A stretch of DNA of 64,000 nt from Pristiophorus japonicus (GCF_044704955.1 NC_091977.1:220472001-220536000); one strand, 5' to 3'. Counted from the first letter of the stretch, positions 23,377-36,800 are shown. Notes: generated from the sequence alone by a model not told the origin. Made by a program: numbers and translations.

Positions 23377-26371
23377 TCAGTACCCCATTCCTGCTTTCTC
23401 GCCATACCCCTTGATCCCCCTAGTAGTAAGGACTACATCTAACTCCTTTTTGAATATATTTAGTGAATTGGCCTCAACAACTTTCTGTGGTAGAGAATTC
23501 CACAGGTTCACCACTCTCTGGGTGAAGAAGTTTCTCCTCATCTCGGTCCTAAATGGCTTACCCCTTATCCTTAGACTGTGACCCCTGGTTCTGGACTTCC
23601 CCAACATTGGGAACGTTCTTCCTGCATCTAACCTGTCTAAACCCGTCAGAATTTTAAACGTTTCTATGAGATCCCCTCTCATTCTTCTGAACTCCAGTGA
23701 ATACAAGCCCAGTTGATCCAATCTTTCTTGGTGGGTCTGTCCCGCCATTCCGGGAATCAGTCTGGTGAACCTTCGCTGCACTCCCTCAATAGCAAGAATG
23801 TCCTTCCTCAAGTTAGGAGACCAAAACTGTACATAATACTCCAGGTGTGGCCTCACCAAGGCACTGTACAACTGGAGCAACACCTCCCTGCCCCTGTACT
23901 CAAATCCCCTCGCTATGAAGGCCAACATGCCATTTGCTTTCTTAACCGCCTGCTGTACCTGCATGCCAACCTTCAATGACTGATGTACCATGACACCCAG
24001 GTCTCGTTGCACCTCCCCTTTTCCTAATCTGTCACCATTCAGATAATAGTCTGTCTCTCTGTTTTTACCACCAAAGTGGATAACCTCACATTTATCCACA
24101 TTATACTTCATCTGCCATGCATTTGCCCACTCACCTAACCTATCCAAGTCACTCTGCAGCCTCATAGCATCCTCCTCGCAGCTCACACTGCCACCCAACT
24201 TAGTGTCATCCGCAAATTTGGAGATACTACATTTAATCCCCTCGTCCAAATCATTAATGTACAATGTAAACAGCTGGGGCCCCAGCACAGAACCTTGCGG
24301 TACCCCACTAGTCACTGCCTGCCATTCTGAAAAGTCCCCATTTACTCCGACTCTTTGCTTCCTATCTGACAACCAGTTCTCAATCCATGTCAGCACACTA
24401 CCCCTAATCCCATGTGCTTTAACTTTGCACATTAATCTCTTGTGTGGGACCTTGTCGAAAGCTTTCTGAAAGTCCAAATATACCACATCAACTGGTTCTC
24501 CCTTGTCCACTCTACTGGAAACATCCTCAAAAAATTCCAGAAGATTTGTCAAGCATGATTTCCTTTTCACAAATCCATGCTGACTTGGACCGATCATGTC
24601 ACCTCTTTCCAAATGCGCTGCTATGACATCCTTAATAATTGATTCCATCATTTTACCCACTACCGATGTCAGGCTGACCGGTCTATAATTCCCTGTTTTC
24701 TCTCTCCCTCCTTTTTTAAAAAGTGTGGTTACATTGGCTACCCTCCACTCCATAGGAACTGATCCAGAGTCTATGGAATGTTGGAAAATGACTGTCAATG
24801 CATCTGCTATTTCCAAGGCCACCTCCTTAAGTACTCTGGGATGCAGTCCATCAGGCCCTGGGGATTTATCGGCCTTCAATCCCATCAATTTCCCAACACA
24901 ATTTCCCGACTAATAAGGATTTCTCTCAGTTCCTCCTTCTTACTAGACCCTCTGACCCCTTTTATATCCGGAAGGTTGTTTGTGTCCTCCTTAGTGAATA
25001 CCGAACCAAAGTACTTGTTCAATTGGTCTGCCATTTCTTTGTTCCCCGTTATGACTTCCCCTGATTCTGACTGCAGGGGACCTACGTTTGTCTTTACTAA
25101 CCTTTTTCTCTTTACATATCTATAGAAGCTTTTGCAATCCGTCTTAATGTTCCCTGCAAGCTTCCTCTCGTACTCTATTTTCCCTGCCCTAATCAAACCC
25201 TTTGTCCTCCTCTGCCGAGTTCTAAATTTCTCCCAGTCCCCAGGTTCACTGCTATTTCTGGCCAATTTGTATGCCACTTCCTTGGCTTTAATACTATCCC
25301 TGATTTCCCTTGATAGCCACGGTTGAGCCACCTTCCCTTTTTTATTTTTACGCCAGACAGGGATGTACAATTGTTGTAGTTCATCCATGCGGTCTCTAAA
25401 TGTCTGCCATTGCCCATCCACAGTCAACCCCTTAAGTATCATTCACCAATCTATCCAAGCCAATTCACGCCTCATACCTTCAAAGTTACCCTTCTTTAAG
25501 TTCTGGACCATGGTCTCTGAATTAACTGTTTCCTTCTCCATCCTAATATAGAATTCCACCATATTATGGTCACTCTTCCCCAAAGGGCCTCCCACAACGA
25601 GATTGCTAATTAATCCTCTCTCATTACACAACACCCAGTCTAAGATGGCCTCCCCCCTAGTTGGTTCCTCGACATATTGGTCCAGAAAACCATCCCTTAT
25701 GCACTCCAGGAAATCCTCCTCCACCGTATTGCTTCCAGTTTGGTTAGCCCAATCGATATGCATATTAAAGTCACCCATGATAACTGCTGCACCTTTATTG
25801 CATGCACCCCTAATTTCCTGTTTGATACCCTCCCCAACATCACTACTACTGTTTGGAGGTCTGTACACAACTCCCACTAATGTTTTTGCCCTTTGGTGTT
25901 CTGCAGCTCTACCCATATAGATTCCACATCATCCAAACTAATGTCCTTCCTAACTATTGCATTAATCTCCTCTTTAACCAGCAATGCTACCCCACCTCCT
26001 TTTCCTTTCATTCTATCCTTCCTGAATGTTGAATACCCATTGATGTTGAGTTCCCAGCCCTGATCATCCTGGAGCCACGTCTCCGTAATCCCAATCACAT
26101 CATATCCATTAACATCTATTTGCACAGTTAATTCATCCACTTTATTACGGATACTCCTTGCATTAAGACACAAAGCCTTCAGGCTTGTTTTTTTAACACC
26201 CTTTGTCCTTTTAGAATTATGATGTAGTGTGGCCCTTTTTGTTTCTTGCCTTTGTTTACTCGGCCTTCCACTATTGCTTTTTACCTTTCTACCATCTGTT
26301 TCTGACTCCATATTACTTCGCCCTATCTCGCTGCATAGGTTCCCATCACCCTGCCATATTAGTTTAAACAC
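23377..26371 (-). pseudogene. C1 ORF2 (AP endonuclease + reverse transcriptase), frameshifted; the 503-aa RT/C-terminal part is open
   Basis: LNARSI, GITETW, GGGVAL, VYRPP, MGDFN, SDHN; KSPGPDG, NYRPVSL, GVPQGSVLGP, FADD. Confidence 0.95.
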
Positions 26372-27307
26372 TCCCGAACTGCATTAGCAAATGTTACCCC
26401 CAGGACATCAGTTCCAGTCCTGCCCAAGTGCAGACCGTCCCTTTTGTACAGGTCCCACTTCCCCCAGAACTGGTTCCAATGTCCCAGGAATTTGAATCCC
26501 TCCCTCTTGCACCACTGCTCAAGCCACGTATTTATTCTAACTATCCTGCTCCCTCTACTCTGATTTGCACGTGACACTGGTAGCAATCCAGAGATTACTA
26601 CCTTTGAGGTCCTACTTTTTAATTTAACTCCTGGCTCCCTAAATTCAGCTTGTAGGACGTCTTCCCAATTCTTACCGATATCGTTGGTACCTACATGTAC
26701 CACGACAACTGGCTGTTCACTCTCCCTCTCCAGAATGCTCTGCAGCCGCTCCGTGACATCCTTGACCCTTGCACCAGGGAGGCAACATACCATCCTGGAG
26801 TCTCAGTTGCGGCTGCAGAAACTCCTATCTATTCCCCTTACAATAGAGTCCCCTATCACTATAGCTCTCCCACTCTTTTTCCCACCCTTCTGTGCAGCAG
26901 AGCCAGCCACGGTGCCATGAACTTGGCTGCTGCTGCCCTCCCCTGATGAGTCATCCTCCTCAACAGTACCCAAGCGGTGTATCTGTTTTGCAGGGGGATG
27001 ACCGCAGGGGACCCCTGCACTACCTTCCTTGCACTGCTCTTCATGCTGGTCTTCTATTCCCTAGCTGGCTGTGGACCCTTCACCTGCGGTAAGACTAACT
27101 CGCGACACGTGCTACTCACGTCATTCTCAGCATCGTGCATGCTCCAGAGTAAATCCACCCTCAGCTCCAACTCCACAACACAGTCTGTCAGGAGCTGGAG
27201 GCGGATACACTTCCCGCACACGTAGTCGTCAGGGACACCGGAAGTGTCCCTGAGTTCCCACATGGTACAGGAGGAGCATATCACGTGACCCCGAGCTCTC
27301 CTGTCAT
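26359..27307 (-). pseudogene. C1 ORF1: Zn finger / coiled coil plus SGNH(GDSL)-type esterase, frameshifted
   Basis: CSSC..CGKC, leucine-rich heptads, CLPGARVKDV, VVVHVGTNDIG, DGLHL. Confidence 0.9.
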
Positions 27308-27875
27308 GACTTAACCCTTAGATTAACTTAAATTGGCAACAACAATGCTAAAGTTTACTCACTGTTATAGAAGAGAAAAAAGAAAAACTACTCACCAATC
27401 ACCAGCCAATCACTTACCCTCTTGGCTGTGACGTCACCTTTCTGTTTCTTTCTACTTCTTTTTGCCCTCTCCCTGTAGCTGCACCGGCTCGCCTCTCGCC
27501 AACCCCAGAGTCACGCCTCTCCACGCACCTCCTGACGCCTCTCGCGGCCTTTTGTCGGCCTCTCGCCGACCCCGGACTGATGTCTCTCCACGCACCTCCC
27601 GACGCCTCTCGCGGCCTTTTGTAGGCCTCTCGCCGATTTATAATCTTATAAATTACATTACTGACTGTGAGAGAGGAACCATCTCTACCTGTACCTTTGT
27701 CTAGCTTGCTAATTCTTACTTTTCCAGATTTATGCTGTTGGACTTATAAATGGAAGTGTAAAGGGTGTTTCGGGAAGTTTGTTCTCCGACAGTAACACCG
27801 TGCAACTCAGGTTTATGTAAATCAATACATACCTGGATGAACCGCCCAAACACCACGTCGGAGCTAACTGGTTCG

Positions 27876-28290
27876 GAACATAGGAACAAGAGGAGACCAT
27901 TTATCCCCTCGACCCTGTTGTGTCATTCAATGAGATCATGGCTGATCTGTGACATAACTCCAAATGCACACCTTTGCCCCATATCCTTTAATACCTTTGG
28001 TTAACAGAAATCTAGCAATTCTGATTTAAAATTAACAATTGACCCAGCATCAACTGCCGTTTGCGAGAGTTCCAAACGTCTACCACCCTTTGCGTGTAGA
28101 AGTGTTTCCTAACTTCAATCCTGAAAGGCCTGACTCTAATTTTTGGATCATGTCCCCTAGTCCTAGGCTCCCCAACCATGGAAATAGTTTCTCTCTACCT
28201 ACCCTATCAGTTCCCATTAATATCTTGAAAACTTCAATCAAATCATCCATTAATGTTCTAAATTCCAGGGAATACAACCCTAGTTTGTGA
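27876..28290 (-). mobile_element. Older CR1 3' fragment
   Basis: LGLYSLEFRTLMDDLIEVFKIL and 3' UTR AACATAGGAACAAGAGG. Confidence 0.85.
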
Positions 28291-30257
28291 ACTGGTAGTT
28301 CCAAAACTATGTATTAATCCACCATCCTTAATCATTTTGAATGTTTTACGCAATCTTTGTATCAGTCTTTGTAAATGTCAGACCTTTATTGCAAAGTCTT
28401 GTCGTTCCTGTAGGACCAGGACACAGCGACTGTGGTGAGATTACCAAAGGCAAACAGTGCAGTCCTAGCACTGATATCCATTCCCAGCACTCGTTTACAA
28501 ACTAAATATCACTGCTTGTTTTGCGAAGGTTTGAGGAGTCTATTCTGGAGAGAAGCTAAATATTTGTTTAACAAACATCATTTTTTTCTCTCCACAGACC
28601 ATTTTCCATTAATTTTTCTTCGCCGGCCTCAGAACCTGTTCCCAATTGCTTGTCATTCCTCACTCAGTCAATAGGAGATGAATGAGGGAAGCCATGTTGA
28701 CTTCCACTGAACAACACGGAGCTAGATTTTTCTATAGCAGGGTACCTAACGGTATCTACCCTTGCCTGAAGTTGCTGTACCATTTGCCCATAAATAATAG
28801 TGAATGCTGTTAGCCTCAATATTACTTTGACAGCAAAATCTGGTCATAATCTCTGCCCATCGCCTCCCTCCACTCAACTGGTCTAATCCACGGCTCGGTT
28901 GAGCTCCATCAGATACTTGGGACGGGTTGCTCCATGTTAATTTAGTGATCTCCTCACGGCCACCTTATAGCACTGAGGGTTCACTGTCTATTCAGGAAAT
29001 AACAGTTAAACTTTCAAAGCCCAAATCTGAAGCAGTTGGAAATTCTTACTGAGCATGAATCCTCAGCAATCTCAAAGTGTAAAAGAAATTGCTATGTTTC
29101 TTTAATTTAGATTGTGTGTAAAAAGTAGTTATCTCAGCTTTTTATTCCATATCAATATTGCAAGTCACTCCGCTGATGTATGTCATATAGAGACATCCCT
29201 TGATTTTCATTGTTCCACCATTGGTGGCTGTGTCTACAGCTGCCTAGGCCCAAAGCTCTGGAACTCCCTCCCCAAACCTCTCCGCCTCTCCACCTCTCTC
29301 TCCTCCTTTATGACTCTCCTTGCAACCTACCTCTTTAACCAAGCTTATGGTCACCTGTCCTAATATCTCCTGATGCTACATACATGCAAGTTGTTGCAGT
29401 GTGACAGTAGTGTTTCCAAGCAGTGTCAGTGATCGTGCTTTCTTTGAATGAATTTGGTATTGCGGAGACAGGGAAATACGAGGCGGCGATGATGTCACAA
29501 ACTGTTTTTATATGTGTTATTTGAACCATGAAAACGTAAGAGTATCAGTACTGGAGAATATGGCTCTGTCTAGCTTCGGCACCCAGATCAACATGAAGCT
29601 TTCCCATTTGTAGAGAAGTCCGGGTGCAGAATCGATGAGCCGAGTGGTCCCTTTCTATTAAGTGGAAACAATCGATGATCTCGTTTACAGTGACCTCAGA
29701 GGAGCAACCGTCCCCCTCCCCACCTCCCTCCGCTCACCCCCCCTGCAGTAGTGTTTAATTTCCATTTCACAAATCAGCAATTTCTATGGCCGTGAGTGAG
29801 CCACTCAATACTGGGCCATTTTGTGATGAATTCTGGGCAGTTGTGTGCTGCAATCTCGTACCTGCTAGGATGTGGCTTCAGACTGGCCAAGGTCACCTGT
29901 GCAGGATACTTCGAGCTTGTACAAGTCGGAACCTTGCATATATTCACTCGAGCTGGAGTCAAGCCCAGGTCCCAGAGGTAGTCTTCAAGTTCCTTATTAG
30001 ATTTTTTTTAATGCACTTAAAAAGACACATAGGTGTATATTTCCTCCTCTATTTTAGGTCTCTTCGCCCCCTTCCCAACACATACTATTTCCCCATTGAG
30101 TGGAGGGGAAGGCAAGCTATTCTCAGATTTCTGATTCCCAGATGCTTACAGCACTGAAGGAGGCCATTCAGTCTACAGTACCTCTGCTGGCTCTTTGCTG
30201 GAGCATACCCAAAGTAACCCCACTGCCCCATGCTCCCCCACAGCCCTGCATCTTCCT

Positions 30258-30601
30258 GGGCTGCACACCGTTCCCCCAAAGGCCCCAACCCGCCGATTGG
30301 CGAGGGCCCAGGGGCAGCACGGGCCAGCCCACACTGCAATATATGCGTGCACTAGGTCCGTGCAGCAGAGCTGGTCTCCAGTCGTCTTGGTTAATCCATG
30401 TCATTGGACCCAGACCTTGCTCTGTCAAGCCCTTGTGGTGGCTGGTGTGCAACGGCCACCACACGTTAAAAAAATTCACGCAGAGGTATCTTCCACCCTT
30501 CAATTATGTAGTTCGCGACCTGGAATGTTAGATCTTTCATTGGAACACCTGTGAACTCATCCCTTTTTGGTGTGGATACGAGGGGCCGCCTATGATGATG
30601 A
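30258..30601 (+). mobile_element. Short non-autonomous RTE-tailed retroposon inserted into a CR1 3' fragment (about 30150-30740)
   Basis: 3' end GATACGAGGGGCCGCCTATGATGATGA matches the RTE tails at 19441 and 20995; imperfect 11-bp TSD TGCATCTTCCT (30247) / TGTATCGTCCT (30602). Confidence 0.75.
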
Positions 30602-30785
30602 TGTATCGTCCTCTGTTTCAAATATTCATCCAATTTTCCATTAAAAGATGCAATGGTCTCTGCCTCAACCATTCCCTTTGACAAAGAATTCCATTCTCCA
30701 GGAATTCTTTGTGTAAAGAAATTTCTCCCAACGTCTCTCTTTCATTTTATTGAGGATTAATCAACATCATGTTTTTACTAAGAGG

Positions 30786-31570
30786 AAGCCTTGCATTTAT
30801 ATAGCGCCTTTCACGACCTCAGGATCTCCCAAAGCACTTTACAGCCAATGAACTACTTTTGAAGTGTAGTCACTGTTGTAATACAGGTTGAGCGTCCGAA
30901 ATCTGGAGTTCCGAAATTTGGAATGCTCCGGAATCCAGACACCGGGCGGATCCGTGGTGGGGTCGTCCAGAAACTGGTCAATATTCCAAAATCCGGACTC
31001 ACTGGCCTCGGCCGCCAGACCTCTCCCCCCACCCCCCGCCCCCCCCAGCTCTCCGCCTCGGCCATCCGACCCCCACCTCGGCCGCCCAGCCCTCCCTTCC
31101 CTCCCCTCCCTTCCTACCTCGGCCCAGGCATTTCTGGACGCGGGATGTCAGAAAGACGTTCCGAAATCTGGAAATACCCGAAATCCGGAACGGCCTCGGT
31201 CCCAAGGTTTCTGGATTTTGGACGCTCTACACGTATAAGAAATGCTTCAGCCAATTTGCGCACATCAAGGTCCCACAAACAGCAATGAGATAAATGACCA
31301 GATAATCTGAGTTTTTGTGATGATGATTGAGGGATAACTCCCTTGCTTGTCTTAAAAATAGTGCCATAGTATTTTTTACATCCATCTGAAAGGGCAGACG
31401 GGGTCTTGGTTTAGCATCTCATCCAAAAGATGCAACTTCTGACAGTGCAGTGCTCCCTCAGCACTGCACTGGAGCGCCAGCCTAGATTTTGTGCTCAAGT
31501 CTCTGGAGTGGGACTTGAACCAATAATCTCCTGATTCAGAGGCGAGAGTGCTACCCACTGAGCCATGGCC
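30786..31570 (-). mobile_element. Full-length DeuSINE interrupted by a MITE
   Basis: Reverse complement of head (CCATGGCTCAGTGGGTAGCACTCTCGCCTCTGA), body and tail (GCGCTATATAAATGCAAG). Confidence 0.88.
30884..31233. mobile_element. Tc1/mariner (Tigger/pogo-like) MITE
   Basis: TA TSD on both sides; imperfect TIR CAGGTTGAGCGTCCGAAATC / GATTTTGGACGCTCTACACG; repeated TCCGRAATCYGG subterminal motifs. Confidence 0.85.
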
Positions 31571-32764
31571 TAACCATTGTTTTATATATCATTATCATTA
31601 TTTTTCCTCGAGTACTCTATTGCCCAGATTTCATGAGTTTATTTGCCTGTGCTCACAGTTTCAAGGTTGACCACTAGGAGGTCTGTGAATAGATTCAAAT
31701 TCGACTTGCCCTCTCATTCTCGTCTGTGTCTGGATGCTCTCCCAAATATCTAAGATGAGCAACTCATTATCTGGGTGTTGTGCTCATGAAGAAGCCTCCC
31801 TCCACTCTGTGCCCTGTCCGACCTTGTGTGAAACAGTTACAAAATAGACAAAATTGCTTTGATATTTTTGATGGCAGTGTTGGAAGACGACAGGTGCTGA
31901 GTCTGTGGTTGCCTGGAGTGTTCTCAGCTTTGTGTGTGAGCGACTGAATATCCCAAGTATTATTAACATGTAACAGGCAGCACTTGGTGATAGAACTGGA
32001 GATCGGGCTTTGTTTTACATTGTATTAGCCACAGTAGAGTGCTTCGTAAATGTTAAAATGTTCGTACACCGTGCCTTTCGAATGCGCAAATTCTGTATTG
32101 TGGAAGCAGAATGTTGCTTGTTGACCTGGCCTGATGTGTTGCTAGGCAACACTTACTCCCCCATAGACTGTAGGGGGAAAATTAGAAGGAGATTTCTGCT
32201 ATTCAACTATAGAAGGAAATGGGCACTCAGAATAAAAAATACTGCGATTACTAATGGATAGTTTATTTAAGGTGAGCTGTTGTTGAACAAATGTGTCACG
32301 GCTCTGTGGCAATCTCTCATCCTACTTCACGAACACTTGAGGTTAGCAATTTGCAGAAGATCAGGCAGACAGAGGTTAAGGCATTAAAATCGTGTCTGTT
32401 TGAAAACTGCAAAGGTTACTTGGTGCTTAGGGGGTCAACTAGCTAATAATCATCACGGATGTAGAAGATATTACACTGGTCGTAATGTGTTTCTGAGTTC
32501 ATTCACAAGTGTCAAAATGTCAGAATTCGCAGACCCCACAGCTGAAGGTGAATTGTGACAGCTTTAATGCACTGCTACCAGCTCCATATGCTATTTAATA
32601 AATGTTCATTACTGTCTAAATATAACATTATAGGTTTGATTGAGGGTGAGATTCGTTCTTTTTAAACAAATCCCTTGACCACCGCCCCAGAATAGTCGGC
32701 ACAAACTACCAGATAAAACAGTTCATTCAGTTAGCTCATTTTAAAAAGGGTTTAGCTACAAATA

Positions 32765-33130
32765 GAATTAGAATCATAGAAACTTACAGGAGGCCATTCG
32801 GCCCCTCGTGCTTGTGCTGGCTCTTTGAAAGAGCTATCCAATTAGTCCCACTCCCCTGCTCTTTCCGCATAGCCCTGCAAATTTTTCCTCTTCAAGTATT
32901 TATCCAATTCCTTTAGAAAGTTACTGTTCAATCTGCTTCCACCATTTTATCAGGCTGTGCATTCCAGATCATAACAGCTCGCTGTGTAAAAAACTTCACC
33001 TCATCTCCCCCCATTTTTTTGCCAATTACCTTAAATCTGGGTCCACTAGTTACCCACCATCCCACCACTGGAAACTGTTTCTCCCTATCAAAATCCTTCA
33101 TCATTTTAAATATTCCCTTAACCTTCTCTG
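32765..33130 (-). mobile_element. CR1 3' fragment
   Basis: FFTQRAVMIWNAQPDKMVEAD and 3' UTR AGGCCATTCGGCCCCTCG. Confidence 0.82.
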
Positions 33131-33247
33131 CTTCATTAGCTGTAAAGCAATTTTGGATATCCTGTGGTCTTTCTTCCTTTCTTCCTTTCTTCCTCTCTTC
33201 CTCTCTTTCTCTCTCTCCCCTTCCTCTCTTTCTCACTTTCTTTCCTC

Positions 33248-33380
33248 NNNNNNNNNNNNNNNNNNNNNNNNNNNNNNNNNNNNNNNNNNNNNNNNNNNNN
33301 NNNNNNNNNNNNNNNNNNNNNNNNNNNNNNNNNNNNNNNNNNNNNNNNNNNNNNNNNNNNNNNNNNNNNNNNNNNNNNNN
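33248..33380. other. Assembly gap (133 N) within a CT-rich simple repeat
   Basis: Run of n flanked by TTCC/CT repeats. Confidence 0.99.
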
Positions 33381-33591
33381 CATTCCTCCTTTCCTTCTTC
33401 CTTCCTTTCTTTCGAAACAGAAAAGGCCATTGCAGTCCATTTGGCTGGTCCCAGTCTCTAGGAAATAGTCTCTCTAATACGTCTCCACACTCACCATAAC
33501 ATATTATGTTATATTCTGAATACTTTAGTCTCTAGACATTTGTTTGGTAGATTATTCCAAACATTTAACATTCTTTGACTAACAATAAATG

Positions 33592-33802
33592 TATGCCTGT
33601 GTGTCTATCAGGTCTGTGTCTCTATGCCTGTGTCAGGACTGTGTCTCTATGCCTGTGTCAGGTCTGTGTCAGGTCTGTGTCTCGAAACCTGTGTCAGGTT
33701 TGTGTTTCTATGCCTGTGTCAGGTCTGTGTCTCTATAGGTCTGTGTCTCCATACCTGTGTCAGGTCTGTGTCTCTATGCCTGTGTCAGGTCTGTGTCTCT
33801 AT
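33592..33802. repeat. 25-bp minisatellite (TGCCTGTGTCAGGTCTGTGTCTCTA), left part; resumes at 41710-41765 beyond Gypsy G2
   Basis: Same unit on both flanks of the LTR element. Confidence 0.92.
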
Positions 33803-36800
33803 GTAAAGTGTGACCTTAGTCTTTTATTGCAGGTCTCCAGTATGCCTCTCCAACCTGTGAAACCTTCTTAAATTGTGCTCCCAAGAGATTATGGGATCAT
33901 TTGGGACTCCGGGGAATGAGCCCTCTGGTGGCTGTACAGAGTAAATACAATTCCACATATATAACAACATTCTCCCACAAAGTCAATAGTGTAACTATTT
34001 ACAATGTGAGTCGATCTGGGGCCCTTCTTGCCCTGGTTGATCGTCTCAGTGTGAAAGCTGGTGTTGTTGAATCATTTGTTCGGCCCTCGCTGGGCTGCTG
34101 TGCAGCTGGCCTTGCTGGGCTGCCTGATGTGTTGGGCCCTGCTGGGCTGTTGTGGATAATGGATTCTGCTTCATGGTCAACCGTGGTGCCGGTTGCCACT
34201 GGTGTGTATGTTGGGGGATCAAAAAAGGTACGGTCCAAGGTGGGTTGCTCAGGATAGTCCGTGAATCTGAGTTTGATTTGGTCCAAGTGTTTCCGGTGAA
34301 TGAGTCCATTTGAAAGTTTGACCCGAAACAGTGCCGGGAAGCCACTTGGGACCTTGTCCATAATTTAATACAAATACAGGATCATTGATTTCAATCTCGC
34401 GTGACACATTTGCGCTATCATGGTACGTACTTTGTTGAAGCCGCCTGCTCTCCAAATAACCAAACATCGGAACAAGAAGTTCACAATACTAAACAAGCTG
34501 CTACCCCCACACACAGACAAAACCGGGAGAACAGGCTCTCGACAGCAGGCAGAAGCCATCAAGGGCCACAGGAACAGCCGTTCACACCTCATCAACCCAC
34601 AATGCGAGCAATCAACTACAAACTGAGAGAAGCTCAAGAGAGATCAGCCAGACGCAGCTCATTCTTTGGGAACACTTTGAACAATGGAACAGGTCGGTGC
34701 TGGAGGTGTGGGGGTGGGCACTCATCAAGGGGATGTCGATTTCAGCAGGCTGTTTGCAGAAATTGTGAATATACAGGACATTTGGCTCGCATGTGCAAAA
34801 AAACAGCAGCTCGGCTGGTATATGAATCGGATGGGTTGGAATGCGGACCAGAAGATGGTGGTGACAGTACCCGGGACACCGATGTACAGTGGGTCAACAC
34901 GATCAATGGCCGCTGCTCCTACAACAGGATGCCTCCTATAATGATGAGGGTCCTACTCAACGGGATATCTGTCAACATAGAGCTGGATATGGGAGCGAGC
35001 CAATCTCTCATGGGCGCTCAACAATTTGAACAACTGTGGCCGCAGAAAAGAGACAGACCAAAACTCACAAGGGTCGACACCAAACTAAGGACCTATACCA
35101 AAGAAATCGTACCAGTCCTCGGCAGCGCCATGCTCTCTGTCACACACAAAGGGACAGTGAACCGACTTCCCCTGTGGATTGTCCCCGGAGACCCCCCAGC
35201 ACTGCTGGGGAGAAGCTGGCTGGCAAAACTAAACTGGAAATGGGATGATGTCCATGCCATGTCATTAGAGGAACGGACCTCCTGCTCAACAGTTATAAAG
35301 CGATTTGAACATCTCTTTCAGCCAGGTGTAGGCACTTTCAAAGTGGCCAAAGTCAAAATCTACATCACACAGGATGCTAGGCCGGTCCATCACAAGGCCA
35401 GAGCTGTACCCTATGTGATGAGGGAAAAGATTGAACACGAACTAGACAGGCTTCTGCGGGAAGGCATTATATCACCTGTGGAATTTAGCGACTAGGCAAG
35501 TCCCATCGTCCCAGTCGTGAAGCGTGATGGATCCGTACGAATCTGTGGGGGACTACAAATCTACCATAAACAGAGTCTCCCTACAGGACCAGTACCTGCT
35601 GCCCAGAGCGGAGGACTTATTTGCCACATTGGCTGAAGGTAAACTTTTCTCAAAACTAGACCTCACATCTGCGTATATGACGCAAGAATTGACCGACGAA
35701 TCCAAGCTACTCACCAGCATCAACACACATCGAGGCCTTTTCATGTACAATCGATGCCCATTTGGCATCAGGTCGGCAGCTGCCATATTCCAGCGCAACA
35801 TGGAGAGTCTGCTCAAGTCCATCCCGGGGACGGTTGTATTTCAAGACGACATACTTATCACGGGCAGGGACACCGACTCCCATCTCTGTAATTTGGAGGA
35901 AGTACTAAAGCGGTTGGATCGGGTAGACCTACGTGTCAAGAAATCCAAGTGCCTGTTTCTCGCACCCGAGGTTGAATTTTTGGCAGAAGGATTGCCGCTG
36001 ATGGAATCCGCCCAACAGAGTCCAAAACAGAAGCAATTCGCCTGGCACCCAGGCCCCGGAATGTCTCAGAACTGCGCGCCTTTCTCGGGCTACTCAATTA
36101 CTTTGGGAACTTTATGCAGAACTTAAGCATGCTGCTGGAGCCTCTCCACGTGCTACTCAGGAAGGGGTGCGATTGGTTTTGGGGGGATGCCCAGGGCCGC
36201 GCCTTCAATAAGGCATGCAACCTTCTGTGTTCCAACAGTGTTTTGACTTTCTTTGACCCAGGTAAAAAGCTAGTTCTCGCATGCGATGCGTCAGTGTATG
36301 GGGTTGGGTGCGTTTTGCAACATGTCAATAGTGCGGGCAAATTACAACCCATAGCTTATGCCTCCAGGTCACTTTCGCAGGCGGAGCGTGGGTACGGAAT
36401 GGTGGAAAAGGAGGCGCTCGCGTGCGTGTCCGGTGTCAAAAAGATGCACCAATACCTTTTCGGGGCCAAGTTCGTGTTAGAAACCGACCACAAGCCCCTC
36501 ACGTCCCTCCTATCCGAGAGCAAGGCAATAAACGCCAACGCCTCGGCGCGAATTCAACGGTGGGCACTCATGCTGGCGTCCTACGACTATACCATAAGGC
36601 ACAGACCAGGCACAGACAACTGTGCCGACGCGTGCAGCAGGCTACCCCTGGCGACCATGGAAGCTTCTGACGAACAGGACTGTGAGATAGTCATGGCAAT
36701 CAATGCCTTTGCGTCCACAGGTTCGTCCATGACGGCTCGCCAAATCAGAGCCTGGACGGCCAGCAACCCAACGTTATCCTTAGTAAAAGGATGTGTCCTA

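Larger units (their letters stand above)
23285..27635 (-). mobile_element. Near-full-length CR1 LINE (copy C1)
   Basis: 3' (TTTCTATG)n tail, 3' UTR, ORF2 APE+RT, ORF1 Zn-finger/esterase, 5' UTR with about 2 copies of a 67-bp monomer. Confidence 0.97.

Noticed and set aside
32928-33499. ORFs spanning X runs
   Set aside because: They are open only because of the assembly gap
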